DNA from: a virus
DNA: 28,280 nucleotides
UHGV virus genome: UHGV-0263858
Reading direction: 5' to 3' (one strand)
Shown piece after piece: positions 8,597 to 17,316 of the stretch. The first letter of the stretch is position 1, and each line of letters opens with the position of its first letter. A program made the translations under genes and the position numbers. The notes beneath the pieces are model-generated. The model saw only the letters and a list, made by a program, of their open reading frames with translations, had not been told where the DNA came from and made no database searches.

Positions 8597-9814
8597 TTAC
8601 AAACTCGCTACATTTCGCCAGACGCCATTAATCAGAACCTGCACCGGGCGTGCATTGGCCCAGCCCACACTTTCACCGCCATCAACACCACTCAGTAAAT
8701 GACCTGATGGCGCATTTCCCCCGCGTCCAATACCAATGGCGCCTCCCAGACGCACATCCTGCACACCGCCTGTTTTGGTCTGATAGCGTGCATCAAAGTT
8801 TCCGTAGTCTGACGGTGTTACCCGCCCTGTAACGTTCACCGCCCGGTTGCTTTGTAACGCGCCATTCTGAAAACGGAATACATGCTGTCCATTGGCATAA
8901 ACATCCAGCAGGCCGTCACCATTCTGTTTAAAGCCAGTATCACTGTCACCAATTGCAATTGAGTTTCCGCCCAGCGCGTTCTGAACGCCGATACCCAGCG
9001 CACCATTGACCTGAGAACCGCCGCCAACAGACACTTTATGCGACATGGATATTTCACCCGTCCGCAGATTAATAGTGAACGGTCGAAGTGGACCAATATC
9101 GCCATTCTCGCCCTGACCTTCACTGGTAGGGATAAGGTGCAGGCACTCTTCCGAACGACGAAAAATCAGACCAAAGGCTTCGTTGAAAATCCTCAGCGCA
9201 TTAACACCACGGATTTTCAGTTCCCCGGTCATGGTGTCACCATCACGCTGAACGGCATTTTTTGCCTTGTCCACCGTAGGTTTTAATCCGAGGCTTTCAA
9301 CAGCCTCATCCTTGTCTTCCACATCCGAAAGATTCTTTTTTCGTTGCAGATAGCGTCTGTCTCCGATTTCCTGAGTAATAATGGCCCTGTCCGGATCAAC
9401 TTCCAGCACCACGTTTTGTGCGTGCGTCAGCCCAAGAACCAGCGTCAGAATAACTTCCTTGATAACGGAGTCCGTCTGGTCTGGTAAAAAGGTGTCCGGA
9501 TAACGTCCGTACGCGATAAGCGTACCTCTGTCGCTGATCATCCCCAGTTCACGAAGGGTTTTACCGGGGTATGATTTACAGTCAATCACAATATCCCCGC
9601 TGATGAAGCCCTCCTCCACCGCACCGTCGGAAAAGGGTTCCTGCCCGAATTCGCCGTACAACGATGTCATTGCTGCCATTTCATCCGGCGTGGATGGCAA
9701 TGCCCGCCCGCCCCCGTCACCAAGCAGAACATGCCGGACGGTCACGGTTTGCCCGTTCTGATATGCTGCTTCAATTTCTGCAGCGCCGGACGTTGTCAGA
9801 ATCAGTCCATTCAT
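8597..9814 (-). CDS. tail fibre protein (P2 gpH-like)
   Basis: 405 aa. N-terminus (LILTTSGAAEIEAA...VLLGDGGG) matches the conserved P2 H baseplate-attachment domain. ATGA overlap with the gpI-like gene. Confidence 0.8.
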   Translation of the reverse strand: MNGLILTTSGAAEIEAAYQNGQTVTVRHVLLGDGGGRALPSTPDEMAAMTSLYGEFGQEPFSDGAVEEGFISGDIVIDCKSYPGKTLRELGMISDRGTLIAYGRYPDTFLPDQTDSVIKEVILTLVLGLTHAQNVVLEVDPDRAIITQEIGDRRYLQRKKNLSDVEDKDEAVESLGLKPTVDKAKNAVQRDGDTMTGELKIRGVNALRIFNEAFGLIFRRSEECLHLIPTSEGQGENGDIGPLRPFTINLRTGEISMSHKVSVGGGSQVNGALGIGVQNALGGNSIAIGDSDTGFKQNGDGLLDVYANGQHVFRFQNGALQSNRAVNVTGRVTPSDYGNFDARYQTKTGGVQDVRLGGAIGIGRGGNAPSGHLLSGVDGGESVGWANARPVQVLINGVWRNVASL

Positions 9815-10401
9815 ACACCTGCCTCACTCTGCCCGCCTGTGGGCACTGTCTTTGTTGTCACACCGGTACTTCTGATTTTTTCTGTCGCCATCACATAGCC
9901 GTAACAAAATCCACGCCCTGTGCTGTTCCCGTAAACGTGAATACTGAACCAGCTGCGCAGATTTTTGGCACGGAGCACCGCATGCTTCAGATCCTGATGA
10001 TCATTCATCAGCACCGGTAAATCCTTCTGCTCCACGTTCAGACGAAAGGTATACGGCTCCCCGGGTGGGCTCTGCTCATACCACTCAACAATCTGCGACC
10101 GGAAGGGACTGTCAGCCAGCGATGCCATCAGCGCCGCTTTAGTCCCTCTGTGGCGGTGGATGTAAGCAGCACGTTTTATCGCAGACCTTTTTTCCGTCTC
10201 CGTCCAGTGTTCATTCCAGGTATCCACCGCCATTTCCCAGGCCAGCCATGGCAGCAATTCAGCAGGACATAAATCGGGATTTTTCACATAGCGGATCAGA
10301 CATACTGCGATTTCCGCCAGCATATCACCGGCGGTACTGTCCACCACCCGCTCTGCCCGGCTGGCGCTGACAGGAAGTATGCTTCTGATTTTGTCATTCA
10401 T
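9811..10401 (-). CDS. baseplate wedge protein (P2 gpI-like)
   Basis: 196 aa. Shares the motif CPAELLPWLAWEMAVDTWNEHW with P2 I (CPANLLPWLAWAFSVDRWDEKW). Confidence 0.8.
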   Translation of the reverse strand: MNDKIRSILPVSASRAERVVDSTAGDMLAEIAVCLIRYVKNPDLCPAELLPWLAWEMAVDTWNEHWTETEKRSAIKRAAYIHRHRGTKAALMASLADSPFRSQIVEWYEQSPPGEPYTFRLNVEQKDLPVLMNDHQDLKHAVLRAKNLRSWFSIHVYGNSTGRGFCYGYVMATEKIRSTGVTTKTVPTGGQSEAGV

Positions 10402-11308
10402 CGGTTGTCTCCACCTTGTTCAGCGTTACCTTACGGCACCACGGTGCCTGCCCCATCGCAGGAACGATATCACTGCCCGGAGAGGTCAGATTCACCGTAA
10501 TCACCCCGGTCTGGTGAAGGGCACCATCCATGCCAGAACGGGATGCCACCGAGCCAATCCGGTGGACGCTGTCAGTGTATGACTGCAGCGCCTTGCGGGC
10601 ATTTGCCATAACCAGTTCACCATCCAGTCCGTAGGGAATATGAATATCCGCCACCACATCGTAGGGAATAATTTCTGCCGTCCGGACACTGACAAAATCC
10701 GTCAGGGGACGGGTTTCATCATCACAGACTGATGCTGCCACCTTATCCAGCAGGGGTTGTGATGCAGTGCCATTTCCGGACCGGGATAACACATAAAGAA
10801 AAACACGCCCTTCCTGTGAATGCGTTTCCGGCCCGTAGGCTTTCACATCCAGCACATCAGGATCGGCACTCTGTGCAAAATAGTGATAGGCATTTTTCGC
10901 GCCTGCGGTGCTGAGTCGTGCCCATGACAACTGGATACGTTCGCGAAAAGCATCATCATCTTCATACACCGCAGGCGTGGGCGGGATAGTGCTGTCATCT
11001 GCCGGGGTAATCACCAGACGCTGTACCTGAAAATTCGCACCAATCTGATCCAGGTCGTTCCTTCGGGCGCTCGCAAGCAGTACACCCCGGACAGCATCAT
11101 TGACCTGCTGGCGCATCAGCGCCACCCGGAAAGCCAGCGCCTCTGCCCATTTATACGCGGGATCAGATTCCACCAGAGCCGAAAACAACGTATCCAGCTC
11201 CTGATACTTCGCCACTATCTGAGTGACCAGCACAGCGGTGTCCGGCACCTCCACCGCATCCGGTACCGGTATCGCGGACAGATCAATAATTGCCTGAGAC
11301 GTTGCCAA
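10394..11308 (-). CDS. baseplate assembly protein (P2 gpJ-like)
   Basis: 304 aa. Shares AIIDL near the start and the conserved ITPADDSTIPPTPAV block with P2 J. The first codon appears to be TTG with SD GGAGA; an alternative start is possible. Confidence 0.85.
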   Translation of the reverse strand: MATSQAIIDLSAIPVPDAVEVPDTAVLVTQIVAKYQELDTLFSALVESDPAYKWAEALAFRVALMRQQVNDAVRGVLLASARRNDLDQIGANFQVQRLVITPADDSTIPPTPAVYEDDDAFRERIQLSWARLSTAGAKNAYHYFAQSADPDVLDVKAYGPETHSQEGRVFLYVLSRSGNGTASQPLLDKVAASVCDDETRPLTDFVSVRTAEIIPYDVVADIHIPYGLDGELVMANARKALQSYTDSVHRIGSVASRSGMDGALHQTGVITVNLTSPGSDIVPAMGQAPWCRKVTLNKVETTDE

Positions 11309-11639
11309 TTTTTATCTCCTCGAGTCGAATCGTTTCCTGAGTTTCGTTGTTCACCCCGACAAGCGTCAGCCACGCGCTTCCTTCTCCTGTCCACGTCACT
11401 TCCACCCGCCGGAGAGTCAGACGGGGTTCCCAGCGTTCAAGGGCGGTTACCGTTTCACGAACAATTCTCACCCGCGTGAAATCATCCTGTGGGTTATCAA
11501 GCAGACTGAAAAGTCTGCTGCCGTATTCCCTGAGCAGGACCCGGCTGCCGACCGGTGTTGACAAAATATCAGTGACGGACTGGCGCAGATGTTCGTTACC
11601 GTGCAGATATCTGCCGGTGGCTGAATCAATACCAATCAT
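11283..11639 (-). CDS. baseplate protein (P2 gpW / T4 gp25-like)
   Basis: 118 aa. Motif SVTDILSTPVGSRVLLREYGS matches P2 W (SIGDILRTPVGSRVMRRDYGS). ATG at 11639 with SD GGAG. Confidence 0.8.
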   Translation of the reverse strand: MIGIDSATGRYLHGNEHLRQSVTDILSTPVGSRVLLREYGSRLFSLLDNPQDDFTRVRIVRETVTALERWEPRLTLRRVEVTWTGEGSAWLTLVGVNNETQETIRLEEIKIGNVSGNY

Positions 11640-11672
11640 GTTGTTTACTCCGGAAAAAGAACTGAAAGGAGA

Positions 11673-12296
11673 TTACATTTGCTGACCAGGCTGTCCGGTG
11701 CTGCCACCACTGTCGCCCCGGTGATTGTGACCGTTATAGACAATTCTGATTTGACTCATCGTTCCGTGATAATCAGAAACCTCACCACCGACCATCAGAT
11801 CCGCCTTAACCACCGCCTCAGCATTCATGGTTGCTTTACCCTGTACGGTCAGGGTATCTGTGATTTCTACCGGACCGTCCAGGGTTCCCCTGCCTGTAAT
11901 TTTATAGCTGCCGCCTTCAGCCAGCGTGATGGACAGAACATTAGCCTGACGGTCGTAACGGATTTCCGTTCCGGTATCAAACAAAATAACATGTTCGTAT
12001 TCACTGCCCTCAGGGACAGGAATGGCGTCAATATTGGGCCCCGGATACACCCGACCGTTACGCAGATCGCCCGCCTCCGATATCACTGTAACGGCATCTC
12101 CGGGGGACGGATAATTACTGACCTGCATGTAGCGCCCGGACTGTACCTGAATCCAGGGCAACGGAGGCGAAAGCACATCCCCGATATCCACCCGAACCAT
12201 CACCGGGCTACCCGGGATCACCTCGTCCACCACGCCGCGACGGACCATGTCCGCCACCCTGCGGCGTAACTCTGCCACTTCATCCGCCAGACTCAT
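11673..12296 (-). CDS. baseplate spike protein (P2 gpV-like)
   Basis: Start chosen at ATG 12296 (MSLADEV, SD GGAGGG) rather than the ORF-track extension to 12590. C-terminal YNGHNHRGDSGGSTG matches the P2 V apex motif (HTHKHPGDSGGTTG). Confidence 0.8.
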   Translation of the reverse strand: MSLADEVAELRRRVADMVRRGVVDEVIPGSPVMVRVDIGDVLSPPLPWIQVQSGRYMQVSNYPSPGDAVTVISEAGDLRNGRVYPGPNIDAIPVPEGSEYEHVILFDTGTEIRYDRQANVLSITLAEGGSYKITGRGTLDGPVEITDTLTVQGKATMNAEAVVKADLMVGGEVSDYHGTMSQIRIVYNGHNHRGDSGGSTGQPGQQM

Positions 12297-12843
12297 CACC
12301 GGTGCCCTCCGATTTCCAGATAAGACGATAATCCTGCTCATGTCTCTTGCCGGTTTCCGGTACTTTACCCAGCCAGACTTCCTGTAACGGCGCACCTGCC
12401 GGAACCGCAAACGGATCTTCGCCGACCGGAATGTCCTGTTCAAAAGAGACACGGAAAACGATGTAGTCGTCCAGCAGCCGGTCGAAGGTATCCACCTCAG
12501 CATCGATAAAAACCGCCGGATCAGCGTTATCCAGCCCGAACGTGGCTCCCTCAATCCAGTCAGATAAATCCATCGCGAGACAACGGGCAAAAATCTGCGG
12601 TTTTGGCACGTTTTCCGTCTTCCCGGCCCGGTCTGTCACCACAAACAGATCACATTTCAGCGTGACCCGCGTTTGCCCGTCGGCAAAATGAGCCTTGTCC
12701 CAGCCCGGTACATCCACAAACACAGCAGGCGTCACCAGTTGCGTCACTTTTTCCGGGTACTCATCGGCATCTTCCACCCAGGGAATTTGTTTCAGACTGT
12801 CAATCACCGCCTGATGCCAGGCGCCCATCATCAATGGCTCCAT
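12280..12843 (-). CDS. tail completion / tail terminator-like protein (lambda gpU-like or P2 R/S-like, uncertain)
   Basis: 187 aa, ATGA overlap with the upstream gene. Weak resemblance to lambda U (AVIDSL versus AVLDAL, acidic FVDV segment). Its position between head-completion and baseplate genes supports a tail-completion role. Confidence 0.45.
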   Translation of the reverse strand: MEPLMMGAWHQAVIDSLKQIPWVEDADEYPEKVTQLVTPAVFVDVPGWDKAHFADGQTRVTLKCDLFVVTDRAGKTENVPKPQIFARCLAMDLSDWIEGATFGLDNADPAVFIDAEVDTFDRLLDDYIVFRVSFEQDIPVGEDPFAVPAGAPLQEVWLGKVPETGKRHEQDYRLIWKSEGTGDESGG

Positions 12844-13565
12844 CACTCCAGCCCCTTAAATACCCGGAATTTCAGTTCATGCTCAAAATTTTTCAGGATC
12901 AGTACTTCCGCATCCGGAAAAACAAAATCCTCTATACGGTTCAGCATGGCTTCATAAATATCAATTTCCGCTTCACGCACCCTCCGTCGTCCGGATGTCT
13001 GTCGGATCAGTATCGTTTTCCTTTTTGATATACGTCCGTTACGATTTTCCGCTTCGAACTGGTTGATAAAGGCATCATCCGTTGACCAGGTGCTGACAGG
13101 CAGGGATTCCCCGGCAGGTTTAAAACGGATCTCCCGTGCCTTCCTGCGGTGAGAAGCTGGTGCAAAACGCCCCCGCTCATCGCGCAACTGATGGCGTTCG
13201 CCGCGTCGTCCCCCACTGATGCGTCCGCGCAGATCGCGTACTTTGATGGCGTTCAGACCGAACCATACCTTCGCCTCATCAAACTCATCACCGTTACGAC
13301 GAATGATAAAATTATGCAGAACACGCTTTTTGATCATTTTCTGACTGCGTGGGGCAACCTGTTTTTTAAACTCTGCCATAGCCTTCATCCGCAGTGCAGA
13401 CGCGGCTCTTTTCAGCGCCACGCCCCAGGCTTTACGGATCTGACTTTTTGACCCACCCAGTTTAGCGATAATTTTCAGCACCTCATCTTCATCAATATCG
13501 ACGACGAGGTTTCGTGCCAGCCGTCGCTGCCGGGCACTGCTTCGTTCATGCTCTCTGACTGCCAT
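12843..13565 (-). CDS. virion morphogenesis / tail completion protein (basic; lambda gpZ-like or P2 R/S-like, uncertain)
   Basis: ATG at 13565 (MAVREHERSS). Basic, Arg/Lys-rich protein immediately after the FII homologue, as for lambda Z. Confidence 0.45.
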   Translation of the reverse strand: MAVREHERSSARQRRLARNLVVDIDEDEVLKIIAKLGGSKSQIRKAWGVALKRAASALRMKAMAEFKKQVAPRSQKMIKKRVLHNFIIRRNGDEFDEAKVWFGLNAIKVRDLRGRISGGRRGERHQLRDERGRFAPASHRRKAREIRFKPAGESLPVSTWSTDDAFINQFEAENRNGRISKRKTILIRQTSGRRRVREAEIDIYEAMLNRIEDFVFPDAEVLILKNFEHELKFRVFKGLE

Positions 13566-13950
13566 AACGTTTACTCGGTCGTTCCGGTGCAGCAGGTGTA
13601 TTTCTCCCGGGCTCTCCACGCGCAAGGGTGATGGTAATCACCCCCTGACCCGCAGTGCCTGACTCATCCCAGCCGGGATCGACTACCTGATAGGGCTCGC
13701 CGTGGATCATGACCCTGTCATATTTTTTCAGACCGGCGGCCCATGCGCTCCGGGTAAATAACACGGGTGCAGTATCACGAATTTCGCCGCTGCCAGTGTT
13801 CATCCCGGTGTTATCTGCCGGGGCATCAAAAACGGCACGGATTTTTCTTTCCGTGCCGCCCGGATATATGCTGATTTCCGTCCCCATCGTATCCAGGATG
13901 ATGTCATCCGCATCACTCATGGCCTGATCGAACAGATTATCGAACATCAT
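13546..13950 (-). CDS. head-tail connector protein (lambda gpFII-like)
   Basis: MMFDNLFDQAMSDADDII matches lambda FII (MADFDNLFDAAIARADETI). Start overlaps the FI stop. Confidence 0.8.
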   Translation of the reverse strand: MMFDNLFDQAMSDADDIILDTMGTEISIYPGGTERKIRAVFDAPADNTGMNTGSGEIRDTAPVLFTRSAWAAGLKKYDRVMIHGEPYQVVDPGWDESGTAGQGVITITLARGEPGRNTPAAPERPSKRYGSQRA

Positions 13951-14315
13951 CACTCCCGGATTTTTTCTGCCAGACCGTCTGCCAGCAACGCGGGAACTGT
14001 GGCTTCATTAACCAGCACAACACTGGAGGCCCGGGCAAACATCAACATTTTTCCCGTCACAGCATCACAGGCTGGCATATGCGCCGTTTTCAGCATACGC
14101 ACCCGGGCGAGTCCCTGCTCAGAATGCATTCCGTCGCCGGATGCATCGTTGCCCACCTCCTCCTTCCCCGTCTCCTCCCCATCGAATCCGGCGGCCTCCT
14201 CCTCCCATTCCGCCAGACGCTGCTCGAGATCGGCTTTTGAACCTGAAATATCTGCTTCACGCCCCAGAATCACTGCCAGTTCCTGCAAACGTTCAGTCAT
14301 CTGCTCTTTTGTCAT
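13950..14315 (-). CDS. DNA packaging/head assembly protein (lambda gpFI-like)
   Basis: Start at ATG 14315 (MTKEQMTERLQELAV), similar to lambda FI (MTKDELIARLRSLGEQL). The ORF-track extension to 14447 would run through the upstream terminator. Confidence 0.75.
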   Translation of the reverse strand: MTKEQMTERLQELAVILGREADISGSKADLEQRLAEWEEEAAGFDGEETGKEEVGNDASGDGMHSEQGLARVRMLKTAHMPACDAVTGKMLMFARASSVVLVNEATVPALLADGLAEKIRE

Positions 14316-14330
14316 CACATCTCTCCCGTG

Positions 14331-14360
14331 CGCTAAAGAAAAAGGCGGGAATATCCCGCC
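14331..14360 (-). terminator. intrinsic terminator (attenuator) after the major capsid gene
   Basis: Minus-strand hairpin GGCGGGA-TAT-TCCCGCC followed by TTTTTCTTT, between the E-like stop (14366) and the FI-like start (14315). Confidence 0.55.
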
Positions 14361-14365
14361 CCGTC

Positions 14366-15394
14366 TTATTTCACCTGAACCACCACAAACGCATCCGGAT
14401 CCGGCAGCACCATCAACGGCGCAGACTGCGTCATGGTATATTCGCAACCAGGATCCCCCACTTCCTCCCAGTGTTTCGGATAACGAATCGCAGAGGTGAT
14501 CCCTTCACTCAGTGCCTGATTATCCTGAATGGCACCATAACAACGGACGCCTTCCGCCTGAGTGTTCCCCAGAATCAGTGTACCTTCCGGCAGATAACGC
14601 TGTTCATCCCCGTTTTCGTCAACATACGTTGTCTTCGCCACCACAATTGCCAGATCGCCGTAATGGCCTTTAAAGGAAACCACGGAGCCCAGGTCTTTCA
14701 GTGCCGTTTCCAGCTCAGATTTGGAGCCACGGCGGGTATCCAGTTTTTCACGGAACAGTTTAAAACCGTTCAGCATACGCCAGACTGTGCCGTCCATAAT
14801 CGCGATATTGATGGTGCCGGAAGCGAAATCGCAGTACGCATCCAGATCATGCGTCGGATCGAAAGTGTCAGCATTCTGCTGTGACCATTCGCGTCCGCCA
14901 GCCTGCGTAATGTTATTGGTGTCAGAACGTCCAAAATCCACTTCCACCGTCTCAAACTGCTCGCCGCTCATGGTGTATTTACCCTGCAGAACGGCACTGA
15001 CCGCCTGCATTTCTTCCACCTGCACAATCGCCTGCTCTTCCTGTTTCAGGTTGTCCGTCAGAATACGCAGACGGCGGTAAGCCGGGTCATTAAGGCGGGC
15101 CGGATCTTCTCCCGGAAGACGTTCCACTGCCTGCTGATAATCAAAGCGGTGTTTTGGTTTTACATAACCGGGACGTAACACGCGGGTTTCACCACCACGG
15201 CTGCGCAGCACTTTGCCTGACACCACCGGAGACACATACGCCGCAACCGGTGTTTTGCCGGTAATTTTATCCAGCATGACTTCCTGAGTATGGAAAGTGA
15301 TCGTGCGACGAAAGAACAACTCCAGAAACAGCGCACGAAATTTCACTTTCTGCTCGGTGTACCCGAGTAACTGACGCGTGGTAAATAACCCCAT
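14366..15394 (-). CDS. major capsid protein (lambda gpE-like)
   Basis: 342 aa with extensive identity to lambda E across its length (for example VSPVVSGKVLRSRGG, PGYVKPKH, QVEEMQAVSAVLQGKYTM, KLDTRRGSKSELETA, IQSAPLM). SD AAGGA upstream. Confidence 0.92.
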   Translation of the reverse strand: MGLFTTRQLLGYTEQKVKFRALFLELFFRRTITFHTQEVMLDKITGKTPVAAYVSPVVSGKVLRSRGGETRVLRPGYVKPKHRFDYQQAVERLPGEDPARLNDPAYRRLRILTDNLKQEEQAIVQVEEMQAVSAVLQGKYTMSGEQFETVEVDFGRSDTNNITQAGGREWSQQNADTFDPTHDLDAYCDFASGTINIAIMDGTVWRMLNGFKLFREKLDTRRGSKSELETALKDLGSVVSFKGHYGDLAIVVAKTTYVDENGDEQRYLPEGTLILGNTQAEGVRCYGAIQDNQALSEGITSAIRYPKHWEEVGDPGCEYTMTQSAPLMVLPDPDAFVVVQVK

Positions 15395-15462
15395 AATTTA
15401 TATTCCTTCAGAAACACAAACGGGCCGCATCGCGACCCGTTTTTCAGTTAATCACTTCACCA

Positions 15463-15798
15463 TCAGGCGTGGCTGATGGCACTTCCCACAAATGCGTTGG
15501 CTTTTTTCACCGCATCCACAGAGTCAGGCCAGACCAGCGACTCAGTGGCAAACGTACCGCTTTTGTAGTACGTCAGCGTGGGTTCTGTTCCGGTAAGCGC
15601 CAGAGCCAGCACCCCCACTGCCGTTCCGGCTTTCTGACCATCCCATGCCACCAGTTTTCCGGTGGCGTCATCCACCATCAGTGGCGTCAGTGCAGGTGTG
15701 GCAGCACTGATACCACTGGTGGCGGTTGCGGTATGCGCCGGATCGCTTCCGGCAAAAATGCGCACATCTGCACGCTTTTCCGTGGTGGTTTTAATCAT
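15463..15798 (-). CDS. head decoration protein (lambda gpD-like)
   Basis: 111 aa. SDPAHTATA...KLVAWDG...YYKSGTF matches lambda D. SD CAGGAG upstream. Confidence 0.88.
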   Translation of the reverse strand: MIKTTTEKRADVRIFAGSDPAHTATATSGISAATPALTPLMVDDATGKLVAWDGQKAGTAVGVLALALTGTEPTLTYYKSGTFATESLVWPDSVDAVKKANAFVGSAISHA

Positions 15799-15837
15799 TT
15801 TTTCAGTCTCCTGATTTATCTGAATTCCGGATACCGC

Positions 15838-17316
15838 TTACGGCATACTCATCAGCAGGTCTTCTTCCCCGCGCCCGGCAGTTCCGCCACCGGAAACCGC
15901 ACTGGCAGCATGCTGTGCCATAAAGCGATCAAAAAGTGTTTCCTGTGACGGTTGCGATGCCGCCGGCGCGGCTGCCAGCAGCGTTTTCGCCTGCGCCACC
16001 GTCATTCCTGGCTGTTCTGTCAGTGCCTGTGCAAGTTGTTCGCGCCCTTTCGCCTCCGGCAGCGCCATAATCTGATCGCCGACACTTGCAGAACCCGCAA
16101 CCGGTGCCGCCGCCAGTAACGTTTTGGCCTGGTCAACGGTCATTCCCGGCTGTTCAGCCAGCGCCTGCGCGAGTTGTTCACGCCCTTTTGCTTCCGGCAA
16201 CGCCATAATCTGATCACCCGTGCTGTCAGTACCGGCAACCGGCGCAGCTGCAAGCAACGTTTTCGCCTGCTCAACCGTCATTCCTGGCTGACCTGCCAGC
16301 ATTTGCGCCAGTTGCTCGCGCCCTTTCGCCTCCTGACAATTCAGGATCCCCATCACGCGCTGATTTTCCTGGACCACCGCTTCAGCAACGGTCAGATTTT
16401 TAACTGTCATCGTTTCCTCCTGTGTAACAGATTCATTCAGTGCAGAAACCATCACTTCAACGGCATCTGCAGCATTAATCAGTTGATCAGCCAGGCCTGC
16501 ATCAATGCCTGCCTGACCGTCATAAACGGCAGCCTCGGTATTCATCACCGCCTCTGAACTCAGCCCCGTATAAAGCGCCACCTTGTCGACAAACATCCGG
16601 CGGGCCTCATCAATACGGCGCTGAAAATCTGCACGCACACCTGCCGGCAATGCCTGAATACTGTTGCCGTCAACCTTGTGCTGCCCGGAGTAAATCAGCG
16701 TGATGTCCACCCCTTCCTGTGCCAGTTGTTTCTCGTAACTGGCGTGCGCCATCATCACGCCAATCGAACCAATTTTTGCCGTCTGCGTGACCAGCCGACG
16801 GGTACAGGCTGCCGCCAGCAACATGGCGGCTGAACAGGCCATGTCATTACACAGCGCCCACACGGGCTTCTGTTCCCGCAGACGGTAAATCATGTCAGCA
16901 CAGTCAAACGCCCCGGCAGCCTGACCGCCCGGGCTGTCGATATCCAGCAAAATGCCGCGCACATCCGGATCATTCACCGCCATCTGAAGGCGGGCCGTCA
17001 GGCCGTCATAACCAGTCATGCCGGAGTAAGGCCGCAGGGTACCCAGTTTATGCACCAGCGTGCCGCTCACCGGCAGAATGGCGATGCCATTCTTCACCTG
17101 GTAACTCTTTGCCGGACGCTGACCGCCCGCCATATAGTCAGTCACAGCCAGTTGCATTCCATCAGCATCAAGCTGAACAGCCTGCTGAGGAACGGCAAGG
17201 CTGCCGGCCCCTATCTCTTTACCCAGCGCGCAAAAGAAAACCCGCGCATAGGCGGGTTCCAGTAAAAGCGGTTCATTAAATGCCATGGCGGCAATATGCG
17301 ATAAATTACGACGCAT
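15838..17316 (-). CDS. head maturation protease with in-frame C-terminal scaffold domain (lambda gpC/Nu3-like, S49 family)
   Basis: 492 aa. N-terminus IAAMAFNEPLLLEPAYARVFFCAL and the core (PVSGTLV, PYSGMTGY, GAFDCADMI, IGVMMAH, LIYSG, HKVDGN) match lambda C. The C-terminal part contains a tandemly triplicated 46-aa unit. Confidence 0.88.
   Translation of the reverse strand: MRRNLSHIAAMAFNEPLLLEPAYARVFFCALGKEIGAGSLAVPQQAVQLDADGMQLAVTDYMAGGQRPAKSYQVKNGIAILPVSGTLVHKLGTLRPYSGMTGYDGLTARLQMAVNDPDVRGILLDIDSPGGQAAGAFDCADMIYRLREQKPVWALCNDMACSAAMLLAAACTRRLVTQTAKIGSIGVMMAHASYEKQLAQEGVDITLIYSGQHKVDGNSIQALPAGVRADFQRRIDEARRMFVDKVALYTGLSSEAVMNTEAAVYDGQAGIDAGLADQLINAADAVEVMVSALNESVTQEETMTVKNLTVAEAVVQENQRVMGILNCQEAKGREQLAQMLAGQPGMTVEQAKTLLAAAPVAGTDSTGDQIMALPEAKGREQLAQALAEQPGMTVDQAKTLLAAAPVAGSASVGDQIMALPEAKGREQLAQALTEQPGMTVAQAKTLLAAAPAASQPSQETLFDRFMAQHAASAVSGGGTAGRGEEDLLMSMP
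15964..16333. repeat. three tandem in-frame copies of a 138-bp unit inside the gpC-like gene
   Basis: DNA landmark CGTTTTCG/CGTTTTGG recurs at 15983, 16121 and 16259 (period 138). Encoded units are EAKGREQLAQ(M/A)L(A/T)(G/E)QPGMTV(E/D/A)QAKTLLAAAP...; lambda has one copy (EAHGREEQARVLAETPGMTVKTARRILAAAP). Confidence 0.85.

Noticed and set aside
12297-12590. N-terminal extension of the gpV-like ORF in the track (start at 12590)
   Set aside because: The extension overlaps the upstream gene in another frame. The internal ATG at 12296 has a strong SD and gives a P2 V-sized product.
14141-14884. 247-aa plus-strand ORF, Pro/Arg-rich
   Set aside because: Antisense to the strongly supported FI-like and major capsid genes; no SD; composition typical of a spurious frame opposite GC-rich coding sequence.
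15964-16333. Tandem repeats considered as a possible CRISPR or VNTR array
   Set aside because: The repeats are contiguous without spacers, in frame, and encode a repeated protein segment inside the gpC-like gene.
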